Under the pieces are notes generated by a model. The model did not search any database. It was not told where the DNA came from and saw only the letters and a program-made list of their open reading frames with translations. A DNA stretch of 64,000 nucleotides, from positions 173,662,001 to 173,726,000 of the forward strand of contig NC_042998.1 of the NCBI RefSeq assembly GCF_006345805.1, read 5' to 3'. The stretch is from Octopus sinensis. Its lineage: Eukaryota. The position numbers and the translations under genes are program-made. This document shows, one piece after another, positions 51,490-63,833 of the stretch (position 1 is its first letter; every line of letters starts with the position of its first letter).

Positions 51490-52060
51490 TGTTTCATCGT
51501 GTCCGATAATTTATTTTCCTTGTTCTTGACCACTTCTTCTCCTCTGTCTGTGTTTATACCTCTGATGGCTAAAGAGGCCGATTCTTGCAGGGAAACGTCT
51601 GTTGCAAAGTTCATAGGGGATCCGTGGTGGAGGCTTTGGTTGTTGCAGCTTGCATTTTTTTTTATTGTCCTTTCTTTTCTTTCCTCTGTCGTTCAGCTTC
51701 AAAAGGATCTGTCACAGTGGAGATGAAATGATGCCAGCCGGGCCTGCCCTGAACTTCAATGTCCCAGTGTTTGGGGTAGATTGCAGTCAGTTCTAGGTTT
51801 TGCTTCAACTGGTCCTTGTATCGCCAGAAGGGTCAGCCACAGAACCTTCTTCCGGAGGAAAGTTCACCAGACAAAATTTGACGAGGCAGCCTGGTCTCTT
51901 TCATTCTTGCTACTTGGCTTGCTCATCTCAGATGATGCTTCAGGATGGTGGCCTCGATGCTGCTGCTTTATGTTCTCTCCTGAACTGAGACATCGGTCAT
52001 ATGGTAATTCCATGTGATAATCATAAGTGAGCGGAGCTTCTGTTGATGAAATCGATCTAG
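51490..52060 (-). mobile_element. RTE (BovB-like) LINE 3' fragment
   Basis: RFHQQKLRSLM, RLPRQILSGEL, RYKDQLK and a C-terminal LCNRRFPARIGLFSHQR. Confidence 0.85.
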
Positions 52061-52432
52061 TTTTTTATGTCACTTCGGTAAAGAGTCCAAGTTTCACAAC
52101 CGTAAAGGAGAGTGGAGATCACAACTATTTGGCAGACATTTAATTTTGTTTGGTATTTTAGATATGTGTTCGTAATAGGTGAATATATATATTTATTTAA
52201 CCACGTGACTTCCATAGGATGACGGCCGTCTTGCAACCTTCATCATCGGATATCAATTTCAGTAGGGAAAAAATTATGCATACATGTTTACATTAATGTG
52301 TACGTTCAGCTTTATACAATAAAATTGAATATTCATAAATTAATTCAAATGAAAAAAAGTTAGTTCATGAGATTAATGGTACATCATGGTTGCACTAACA
52401 ATTTTCTCTAAATATACACAAAAAATTTCCTC

Positions 52433-52801
52433 AGGAGCTTGCTTCCAAACCACATGATTCTGGGTTCAGTCCCACTGTGTGGTAACTTGGGCAAGTGTCT
52501 TTTGTTATAGCCTCAGACCAACGAAAGCCTTGTAAGTGGGTGTGGTAGACAGAAACTGAATGAAGCCCGTGTGTATGTGTATATGTGTGTCTATATGTGT
52601 CGCTCACTTCTTGACAACCGGTGCTGGTGTGATTACGTCACGTAACTCAGCGATTCGGCAAGAGAAACCGATGAAATATGTATTAGGCTGAAGATGTAAG
52701 TCCTTGGGTCGATTTGTTCGAATTAAAGCCCTTCAAGATGGTGCACCAGCATGGCTGCAGTCAAATGACTGGAACAAGTAAAAGAGTAAAAGAATAAAGA
52801 G
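52433..52801 (+). mobile_element. SINE family A, 5'-truncated
   Basis: Matches 42980-43400. Confidence 0.8.
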
Positions 52802-53009
52802 TATACTGTGTTGCTTCCAATCGAATAATTAAAGCGCTAGACAGAAATTTAGGAATTGGCCATCTTTAATATAAACAAATAATAAGGAAAGTAAAAACAG
52901 GAATAGTAAAAAATAAATAAGAAGGTACGTAAAAATAAGCTAATTGTCGAATGTAATCCGAACACCCTCAATATATTCTTACATATGTATATATATTTTA
53001 TTTATTTTC

Positions 53010-53680
<671 letters not shown>

Positions 53681-53808
53681 TTCAACAATTGAGGGTAAAA
53701 TTAATTAATTAATCAATTTCACCAAGTATTCAGTATGCAAAGGGACCATTTAAGGCGAATTCAATTATTACATTATTTATTTTTATATAATGTAATAATT
53801 GATTATAT

Positions 53809-53843
<35 letters not shown>

Positions 53844-53844
53844 A

Positions 53845-53901
<57 letters not shown>

Positions 53902-54029
53902 CAACAAAATCGAATACATATAAACAATGTATTTACGTTGTTAGTCAATTTCAAGATTTTAAGAGAATATATTCCAAATGCACCTGGTGTAAAAAGAAAA
54001 ACATGAAAGTAAGTCACAATTAAGTAAAA

Positions 54030-54224
54030 CAACTCACATCAGGTCCTTTCTCGGAGCGACAGACATCGATGGTCCGTCATTGTCTTGACTTATCAATATC
54101 GCATACCGAACAAGGACCGCTGCAAGATATATCACCGACTATGACTGTATGACTGTATGATAAAAGTTTAAACCATTTAGCATACATTCATAGTCGACTG
54201 CGAGAAAGGACCTGATGAGAGTTG
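54030..54224. repeat. Short element with about 24-bp inverted ends
   Basis: CAACTCACATCAGGTCCTTTCTCG / CGAGAAAGGACCTGATGAGAGTTG. Confidence 0.7.
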
Positions 54225-54444
54225 TCGCACTTGACTGTAACTTATTTTCAGGTGTTTGTTTTTTCACACCAGATCTATAGAGAATATATTATCTTACGGC
54301 TAAAAAAGTGCAGCCGACTCATGAACTATAAAAATACACACACACACATACACACACACATCTCGTGTATGTGTGTTCGATCTTGTTTATATACATTGAG
54401 CTGCTTATAATTCATATTTGAATATATATATATATATTATATAT

Positions 54445-54486
<42 letters not shown>

Positions 54487-54499
54487 TATAAATATATGC

Positions 54500-55355
54500 A
54501 AATATACATACATATATGTACATGTGTACATATATATGTATGTATACATGCATGTATGGGTACAGGAACATAAAAATACGTTGAACACAATAAGAAACGT
54601 AAACATAAAAACAAAAACATAGAAACGAACTGTTTTTTCATTCAACGGAAAAACAGAGTACAAGACACACAACACAAGGAATATTTCCCTTCCTCAGTTG
54701 TCCATGTTTCATCTATTCCCCGCCTCGAAGGTAAGGACAATATGCGACTTCGTTGAAACAGTTCTTCCCGCAAAGCAAATTAAATAAAATTTAGGAGTTT
54801 TTGCGGGGGGGGGGGGGGTAAAAGTGGTAACAAGAACAGGACAGTAAGAACAAAACAGTAAAAACAATAAAAAAGTAAAAAGAGTAAAAGACAGGACAAT
54901 GAGAATAAAACAGTAAAAACAAACGATGAGGACTGTTAAGCCAAGACGATGGAAAAATTATTCTGAAAGAGATTGAATAAGCTGGTCTAGTCTTGGTGAA
55001 GATAGCAGTCGGAAATATGGCTTCCCTCTGATCACGTGTCAGTGACGAGAGCGTCGATGAGGAGGAGTAAGAGAGAGGGAACGACGAAGGGGAGAGGAGA
55101 AGAATTAGGAAGGTTGGGAGAGAAAACCAGAAAAGAAGAACAAGAGAGGGAGAGAAAAAAATTTTGTTTCTATGTTTTTGTTTTATGTTTTCGTTTCTCA
55201 TTGTGTTCAACGTTTCTTTTATGTCCTGTACCCATATATGCATATATATATACATATGTATGTAGATATGTACATATATATATATGTATATATGCATATA
55301 TTTATATATTATCAACATTTTATATGATCGAACGCCATGCATCCTTTTCCAAGTA
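54500..55355 (-). mobile_element. PLE-like non-autonomous element with an inverted terminal copy
   Basis: Homologous to 41728-42950. 54540-54625 is inverted relative to 55160-55250. Confidence 0.65.
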
Positions 55356-55397
55356 AGTTTTATCTCTCTCTCTCTCACTCTCTCTTTCACTCACTCC

Positions 55398-55463
<66 letters not shown>

Positions 55464-55642
55464 TATATATACATATAGAATATATATGTAATATATATAT
55501 TTAATATATAAGTTCAGTAACATTTATTTTCAATTGAATATGGTACTTAAGTTAAAGGCACCAGAATATTGTATGATATTACATATATAATTCAAAACGG
55601 GGTGAATACAATCAAAATAAGCAACAACGATATCCAGAGGTA

Positions 55643-55732
55643 ATGCAGTACGATCATTTCATGCGACTCCATTCAATTGAACAATGCAAATATTACATCA
55701 GTTTTAAAATGTAAAGCAATCTTCAGCTGCAT
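55643..55732 (-). ncRNA. Type I hammerhead ribozyme (left arm)
   Basis: ATGCAG-CTGAAGA-T-TGC...GCA-T-GAAA-TGATCG-TA/CTGCAT (U.G at 15.2/16.2). Confidence 0.68.
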
Positions 55733-57318
55733 AAAAATATAGAATTTAGTTAAATTCGAAGGATTCATTTATATAGTTATTCTATTAACCAAAATCACAA
55801 AGGCGATAAGTAGGTAGACAAAGGACACGTTTCATCAACAATATCATAGTAGTAACTGATATTTTTTCACAGGAAGACACTGCTTATCATTGATTTTACT
55901 TTGTTATTTAGATTTATTTCTGGGGTGGGGGTTCTAATTTTATGGACTAGTTTATCAAGTCTAATGGAACCTAGAATATATCTTTTATGGATAGAGTAAA
56001 AAAGATAGTTTAAGTGGCAGAATCATAAATCAAGATCCCTTTGAAGTAGAAACCATTCGGGTTCAGTAAGAATATATTTCAGCCAGAATTTGCAGGCTAA
56101 AGCTGATGGGGTAGGGAGAGTAAAACTTTTAATACTTAACCCCAATGATAATTTGAAATATATAGGTATATTTTAAAGAGGTTTTTTTTCACAAAAAAAT
56201 CAGAATAATTTCAGTATTTTGCACAATATAGGGATGGAGAATATAGAAATAATTTCATATTTATATAAATTTCTATACCAACCCAATATATATTTATAGT
56301 TAATTAGTAAATAGTAATTTATTGGTATCAATGAGTTAAATTAAAGGAATATGTCAAAACTTTCATATATTTTCTATATGCTAATAATCTTAGAACATAT
56401 TTCTTGCATTATAAAATAGATAGTGAAATATATCAGTATGGTTCTGTATAGGTTGAGTGTGAAATCTATGGAAATATATTATCAATAAAATGATATTGCG
56501 GTAATATTTGCATTGTTCAATTAAATGGAGTTGCATGAAACGAAAATATCATTTTATTGATAATATTGTTAATAAGATGATATTTTCGTTTCATGCAACT
56601 CCATAGATTTCACACTCAACCTATATAGAACCATACTGATATATTTCCCTATCTATTCCATAATACAAGAAATATGTTCCACGTTTATTAGCATATAGAA
56701 AATATATGAAATTGTTAACATATTCCTTTAATTTAACTCATTAATACCAATAAATTACTATTTACTACTTAACTATAAATATATATTGGGTTGGTATAGA
56801 ATTTTATATAAATATGAAATTATTTCTATTTCTCCATTCCTATATTGTGTAAAATACTGAAATTATTCTGATTTTTTGTGAAAAAAACTCTCTAAAATGT
56901 ACCTATGTATTTCAAATTATCATTGGGGTTATAGCTGTCAAATATTTAAGTATTATGTTTTACTCTCCCTTCCCCATCAGCTTTAGCCTGCAAATTTTGG
57001 CTAAAAATATATTCTTACTGAACCTGAATGGTTTCTACTTCAAAGGGATCTTGATTTATGACTCTGCCACTTAAACTGTCCTTTTTACTCTATCCATAAA
57101 AGATAGATTCTAGTTTCCACTAGACTTGATAAACTAGTCTATAAAATTAGAGCCCCCACCCCAGTAATAAATCTAAATAAAGTAAAATCAATGATAAGCA
57201 GTGTCTTCCTGTGAAAAAATATCAGTTACTACTATGATATTGTTGATGAAACATGTCCTTTGTCTACCTACTTATCCCCTTTGTGATTTTAGTTAATTTA
57301 ACTAAATTCTATATTTAT

Positions 57319-57408
57319 ATGCAGCTGAAGATTGCTCTACATTTTAAAACTGATGTAATATTTGCATTGTTCAATTGAATGGAGTCGCATGAAACGATCG
57401 TACTGCAT
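57319..57408 (+). ncRNA. Type I hammerhead ribozyme (right arm)
   Basis: ATGCAG-CTGAAGA-T-TGC...GCA-T-GAAA-CGATCG-TA/CTGCAT. Stem I is 6 bp perfect, helix III is palindromic (ACGATCGT) and the triplet is GUA. Confidence 0.75.
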
Positions 57409-57472
57409 TACCTCTGGGTATCCTTGTTACTTATTTTGATTATATATTATATATATATATATATATTATATA

Positions 57473-57519
<47 letters not shown>

Positions 57520-57520
<1 letters not shown>

Positions 57521-58399
57521 GAGGTTTGGATAATAAGTATCCGGACTGTTGTTGAAGTAACGACGCTAAACGACACAGAGTAAAGCTACTTGGCAAAGAT
57601 TGGCCTTTAATTCTGCTAAGCATGCGCACTGAGTTGTAACGTTCTAGCTTACCTCCGTTGTTTACAGCAGTGCTTGGAAGGAAGGCTTGTAGCATGTGAT
57701 TATCACATTGACGATGACAAAAAGTTATCATGGCGATACCTGCTCAGAGGACTACGCAAAGTTGCAGAAAGTGTATGGAGAGGAGTGTATGCGCCGCACA
57801 CAAGTGTACGAGTGATTCAGATGTTTCCAGGATGGCCTAAAAGATATTGATGAACGCTCTGGGAGACCTGCAACCAGCAGAACTGTGAAAAACATCGTAG
57901 ATGTCCGTACAGCTGCAAGGGAAAATCATCGAATCGCTATCCGTGAGTTATCAGATGTTATGCAGATTTGTTACGGTTTAGTTCAGTCCATTATCACTAA
58001 AGATTTGGGTATGAGACGCATGTCTGCTAAGTATGTTTCAAAACTGCTTTCATCTGACCAAAAAGACACTTGGGTTTAAGTTGCAGAAGATCTCCTTGAT
58101 TGAGTTTAAAATGATGAAAACCGTTTGAAAAGTTTGCGTTGGCCTCTGAGCAAGTTTCACCAAGCTTTTGGCAAATTGTGATGCAGCTTCTCTACCCAAC
58201 TTTCTCTGTGGTGGTCAATGCGACGAGCACACGCTACACACCTTCCAAACAGTGCTGTAAACAGCAGAAGTAAGCTACAACATTAAAACCTAGTAAGCAT
58301 GCACAACGAATTTCAAGGTCAATCTGTACCAAGCGACTTTACTCTGAGCGCTTTAGCTTCGTTACTATAGCAACAATCCGGATACTCGTTGATGAGACC

Positions 58400-58400
<1 letters not shown>
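57520..58400. mobile_element. mariner derivative with two opposed 5' ends
   Basis: A plus-strand 5' half (DERSGRP; MRRMSAKYVSKLL) runs to about 58130, followed by a reverse-oriented 5' end. TA lies at both outer ends. Confidence 0.75.
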
Positions 58401-58451
<51 letters not shown>

Positions 58452-58590
58452 TTAAAATAATAAGGCTGAAAAATTGAATATTAATTTGAATAATATCAAT
58501 TTAAAACCAGTGGTCTAGTATGTTTAAAAATCTGAAGTTTCATAAAAAATTATATTACATACGTATATATATATAATATATATATATATA

Positions 58591-58860
58591 TAATTGCAAA
58601 GACGATCACACTGACGAGTTTCCGGATGATTGCGTAAATGATTACGTAAACATTAACAATGAAACCTGGTTCGTGATTAATCTATATTTCGTATCTTTTA
58701 ATTTGTCTTACTCGCTTACGTTCTGGCGTTTACTAAATTTTCTTGAGAACATTCTTTTCTTAGTGGTAAGACCATAGCGGATCTTTTTCTAGCATAATGG
58801 ATGTCCACTTGCAGGTCATCCTTTTTATACTTTTATATATATATGTATATATATATATAT

Positions 58861-58898
<38 letters not shown>

Positions 58899-59135
58899 GC
58901 AAAGACGATCACACTGACGAGTTTCCGGATGATTGCGTAAATGATTACGTAAACATTAACAATGAAACCTGGTTCGTGATTAATCTATATTTCGTATCTT
59001 TTAATTTGTCTTACTCGCTTACGTTCTGGCGTTTACTAAATTTTCTTGAGAACATTCTTTTTAGTGGTAAGACCATAGCGGATCTTTTTCTAGCATAATG
59101 GATGTCCACTTGCAGGTCATCCTTTTTATACTTTT
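58591..59135 (+). repeat. Tandem dimer (303-nt spacing), each unit with an HHR-like core and a (TA)n tail
   Basis: 58591-58835 is nearly identical to 58894-59135. GATCACA-CTGACGA-GTT...AAT-GAAA-CCTGG-TT/CGTGATT. Confidence 0.75.
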
Positions 59136-59149
59136 ATATATATATGTAT

Positions 59150-59184
<35 letters not shown>

Positions 59185-59269
59185 TATATTTGAATAATAT
59201 TAATTTATTAATAATATTAATTTGAATAATATCAATTTAAAACCAGTGGTCTAGTATGTTTAAAAATCT

Positions 59270-59609
59270 TAATTATAATTAAGGGTTAATTGCAACAAGT
59301 TGCTCAAAACCACATACCGAAAATATTAGAAATAGCAGCCAAAATTGATCACTATTTCCTCTACTAATAAAAAGTCTCCACAAACAAACAGAATTTGTAA
59401 TCTGTATATGGCAAAAAAAGAAGAAAATAACGAGATCCCAGCCTATGGTTATTTTCTTCCTTTTTTGCCATATACAGGTTACAAATTCTGTTTGTTTGTG
59501 GAGACTTTTAATTAGTAGAGAAAATAGTGATCAATTTTGGCTGCTTTTTCTAATATTTTCGGTATGTGGTTTTGAGCAACTTGTTGCAATTAACCCTTAA
59601 TTATAATTA
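59270..59609. repeat. Near-perfect foldback (arms about 160 bp, 16-nt spacer)
   Basis: 59270-59431 is the reverse complement of 59448-59609. Confidence 0.88.
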
Positions 59610-59704
59610 TTATAACCCTTACCAAATATGGTCTTTTCCATACCGATAAATCTACTAGGTGAAATTGATTAATTTTATTAAATTAATTATATTCCACACT
59701 TTTT

Positions 59705-59752
<48 letters not shown>

Positions 59753-59753
59753 T

Positions 59754-60069
59754 ACAGGTGAATAATGTCTCACTCCACTACAGCTGTATGCAACGAGTTT
59801 TAACGGGTTAATGGAAAAATTACATGAGGTGGATACATAGATCACTACATTCAAAAACATTCAAAAGCCAACAGTTTTTGCCACTTCATGATTCTATGGC
59901 TAGTACTGGTCATAAGAATATGAATGGCACTGGTGATATTTCCATGTTTGGGAATGTTGTGATTCATGTAGTCATCTGATGAAAACATTTTTTTCTAATG
60001 CAATTTCTCCATTAATCAGTCAAAAACTCTTTGGAAACGGCTGTAGTGGATAGACATTTTATCTATCTG
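59754..60069. mobile_element. Probable Tc1/mariner-derived MITE
   Basis: Imperfect inverted ends ATGTCT..TCCACTACAGC / GCTGTAGTGGATAGACAT. Confidence 0.45.
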
Positions 60070-60390
60070 TTATTACTTATCTATAATTATTCATCTTATT
60101 CAGAACCTGCTCCTTGAGTGGATCCGAAGTATATTACGCACCGTACATTTAGTACAATGTACGTTTCCTAAATTGGCCTTCGGGTTAATGTATTCAGTTG
60201 AGTACAATTAATCGTATATAAAACCCTAAACATTTTCCCGCTTGTTCTTCGGTACTAGCTTATGTATTGCACCGGTTTTATTGTGTACACGCTCTATTTT
60301 ACGCTCCTACCTGGTGCCTTACCATTTAAGTATCTCATTCACTCGATATATATATATATACGGAAATAAGTCAAGAAAGAAAATGCTAAA

Positions 60391-60428
60391 ACAGTACCGG
60401 TTTCAGTCATTGAGACTTTTTCAACTGT
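60391..60428 (-). ncRNA. Minimal type I hammerhead with a U3-A8 covariant core
   Basis: ACAG-TTGAAAA-AGTC TCAAT GACT-GAAA-CCGG-TA/CTGT. Confidence 0.6.
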
Positions 60429-60499
60429 AAGTATATATACTTTTCATCATGTTGAACTGTTAATCCCTACATATTTTGCTCTCTCCGATCTTTTCCTTT

Positions 60500-60650
60500 C
60501 TAGGTTTCTTTTTCTCTTTTTCAATTTCAACTCTTTCTGTCTAAGAGCATAGGCTCGAAACGTCAAGGACTTTTCCATTTTTCACGAGCGTCAAACAAGT
60601 GCCCCTGCTTGTTGTTCCTTCGCCTGTGTTCGTCTTTTGTTTTCTGTAAT
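60500..60650 (+). mobile_element. PLE-like terminal repeat with a mutated HHR core
   Basis: TCTTT-CTGTCTA-A-GAGC ATAG GCTC-GAAACGTC/AAGGA. Confidence 0.55.
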
Positions 60651-60926
60651 GTTTGTGTGTGTATGTGTGTGTGTGTATGTGTGTGTGTGTATGGTGGTGT
60701 GGTGGTGGTGGTGTGTGTGTGTGTGTGTGTATGTGTGTATGTGTGAGTGTGTGTGTGTGTGCGCGTATGTTTAGTATTAATTATCGGAAAAAAGACTACT
60801 GAATATCATGGTTGAGATTGACGATACTATGTTTTGGTCGAGTCAATCACTTATCACAAAGAATATGCTGTGTATCTGGAGATGAAATGTAGGCTAGAAT
60901 GGAACTGACTCGACCAAAACAATATG

Positions 60927-60957
<31 letters not shown>

Positions 60958-60960
60958 ATA

Positions 60961-61970
60961 CTAGCAGAGATACCTGGCGTTGCTCGGGAAAAAGATGGCA
61001 TAGTTTGTATGTAATATATTACAGTTATGTTGAAACAGGTGATATGAGAAAGTGCAGCATTGACAACAAAACATTTGTGGAGTAAATGATGGGCTAATTC
61101 GACTAAGCAACATGCTATGCGTCCGTTTAGAGTATTTCAGGCCGTAACCTGACATAGAAAATTGGAGGTGGTGGGTTATTTGATATTTGAACGCACCGAA
61201 AAGCTGTCAGTGAATATACTCTCTTTTGCACCAGTCGGTGCTGTGTCTAACATGACCCATCATCTGAAATTTTGACACCTTCGGTTTTGTTGTGCTATAT
61301 CACTCATAAAGTAAACTTGAAAGAACTGTGATTGTTAATTTGTGAGTAACAGGGAACGAATGAGGTGATAGACTTGCCCTTGAACTTTGACATCGGCATA
61401 AATTCATGTTCTACTATCTTCTTCGATGCAGTAAACGATGTCATTTGAAATGCAGAGTTTTACTGTTTGATATTGTTCATAAAATCCTTTGACTGGATGT
61501 AAATGCCTTTTAGAAGATACATAAGAGTTTGAGAAGGAGCTGGTAGTACTGGCAATGTTACTTGACCGCCTGAGCAGCACATTCCATTTGTTTGATTTGA
61601 AAATTTTAGAGCTGTACAGATACAATAATTTGTGTTTAGCACACCTATTTCGACAGAGTTATCATTTTTATAAGAATGGGGTGGATCATATCTCAAAACA
61701 ATTTCAGGAGTTGTGAAGAATGAATTTGTACGTAAAATATTTCTGAGAGCAATTCTATTGGACCTCTGTATAATCTTTAAAACATTGACTTAATAATCCA
61801 GCATTAACTGCTGCTACATGTTTTTGATGATATTGAGAAAATCTCATCTCGCTTTTCTTTTCACACTCTCGCCTTCGGTTTTCTACAATCTTCCATACTT
61901 TATACGTTTCTGGAAGGATTACGTTTTTCTTTGGTGACATATTTATTATCAATATTATAAACAAAAAATT
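60961..61970 (-). mobile_element. Internally deleted Helitron (Rep N-terminal region plus intact 3' end)
   Basis: CICTALKF...GMCCSGGQV.LP, NSAFQMTSF and KVQGQVYHLI. 3' end CCCGAGCAACGCCAGG...CTAG|T at 60961; the 5' end was not resolved. Confidence 0.88.
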
Positions 61971-62084
61971 ATGAACATAGAAAGAAATTATACATTAATC
62001 CGTATTTTTGTAAGAAGTTGTATGTATGTAGTATGCTTTTATTTTTGTGTGCAGTATAAATTAACCATATAGAAGCACATGTAT

Positions 62085-62630
62085 GAACTGCTAATTTATC
62101 CAGTAGTTCTTCAGTGGTGCGAAGTTTTCGGCAGAATTCTTGGATATCATTTTTTATATCATTTAGGTTCGACCTATGTGGTGTTGCGGGTGAATTTCAA
62201 TATCTTTGCTAGAATTTTGATGTCCTGATTCGAAAGAGCTTTATGTGAGAGATTTATCACCTTCGAAATCTCATATTTGGTTGGTGCCATCGAGAGTTCC
62301 GGTTTGGGCCCAGTTTGTCTAAAAATTGGTTTCTCTGGTATAAGGAATTAGTGTTCCTGTTAATAGCCCTTCCACTAACTCTTGGTCTTTTGTGGGTTCT
62401 TCGTTGTGGCCGTTTCTGAGTTGGGTTGTCGTAATGGTTATATTCTGCTTGGAAGCTGTGGTTATCATGGAAGAACCGACTCGAACGGGAGAAGTTCCGA
62501 CTTCTTTTGTCCTGTTCGAAGTCTTCTGTATGTGAGATGTGTCTCGGACGTAGGGAGTTCGTATTTCTCGATCACAAAACATACCACTACAAGCGAAAGC
62601 GTCTATTAAAAGAAAGTCAGAGAAACTGTA
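62085..62630 (-). mobile_element. Penelope-like element ORF N-terminal fragment
   Basis: VINLSHKALSNQDIKILAKILKF...DIQEFCRKLR resembles the conserved PLE pre-RT block (VxNLS...LxxGLxF), recognised from memory. Confidence 0.65.
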
Positions 62631-63024
62631 AATCAAATTCCCCTTTTTTTTAATATTTTCATTTCACACTTTTTTTTTGAGTATGACTTGTCGAAAACAC
62701 TAAATTTATTGAACTTTGTACATTCAAACAAATTGCTAAACAGTTTTAATTTTATTGACTGTTATGAACATTCAAACACACCTTCTGTTTTGAACATGTT
62801 AATTGAAACATTTTAATTTGTCAACATTGAAACATTTTAGTTTGTCAACATTGAAACTTTTACAATGCTTTTCTAATTTTACACTTTTATCATTGATAAA
62901 CAAAAAATATTGTTGAAACTAGTTTTAAACATTAACGAGCTTTTGAAATTTAGGTGCATTTTCAACAACACATTTTCCCATCCCTTTTCCTGCGTGGAAA
63001 CACCACCCTCTCTTTTGTAACACA

Positions 63025-63062
<38 letters not shown>

Positions 63063-63078
63063 TACATACATACATACA

Positions 63079-63177
<99 letters not shown>

Positions 63178-63390
63178 ATATGTATGTATGTATTTTATGC
63201 AAAACTAGACACTAGAAGCTAGGCATTCTCCAAGTCTAATGGAGTACCTAAGAAGAAAACCAAACAATACAAAACTAAGCGATTTTCATATATCATGGAC
63301 CCTCAAACATTTCCAATTTACAAGAATGAAGATCAGAATAATAAGACTAAGATATAGGAAATTCACAATCGGGCATAATGTTATATACAT

Positions 63391-63439
63391 TCAAGTCATC
63401 ATCAGCCCAAACGGATACCATTATGGTTTCGACACTTGA
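63391..63439 (-). ncRNA. Candidate type II (permuted) hammerhead ribozyme
   Basis: TCAAGTGTC-GAAA-CCA TAA TGG-TA/TCC GTTT GGG-CTGATGA-T-GACTTGA. Confidence 0.5.
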
Positions 63440-63549
63440 TAAATATCATTTAATAAGGCGATTTCTAGGGCGTTAAGAATATAACCATTTCCCGGGATCC
63501 ATCAGCCTATTACAACGTAGAAATAAATAAATAAATATATATAGATAGG

Positions 63550-63581
<32 letters not shown>

Positions 63582-63833
63582 GAGATAGATAGAGAGAGAG
63601 GAGAGAGAGAGAGAGAGAGAATCACCATTACCTTGTTTTTCTCTCATAATCAGCAAGAATCCAACAGCGGGTGATTAACCTTACTATCTTCACCAGAGCC
63701 TTTGTTATATATATAGCAACAATAAATTTCTGATCGTGATGTAGCAGTAGCAGCACAACATAGTGAAGTGTATTTTCCACATAAATGAGGCTGACCCATA
63801 TGGGACGATGTTATTATAGGTTATATCCCCAGA

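Larger units (their letters stand above)
55610..57441. repeat. 1.8-kb diverged foldback with an HHR in each arm
   Basis: Arms 55610-56472 and 56600-57441, with an inner hairpin at 56525-56604. Confidence 0.88.
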
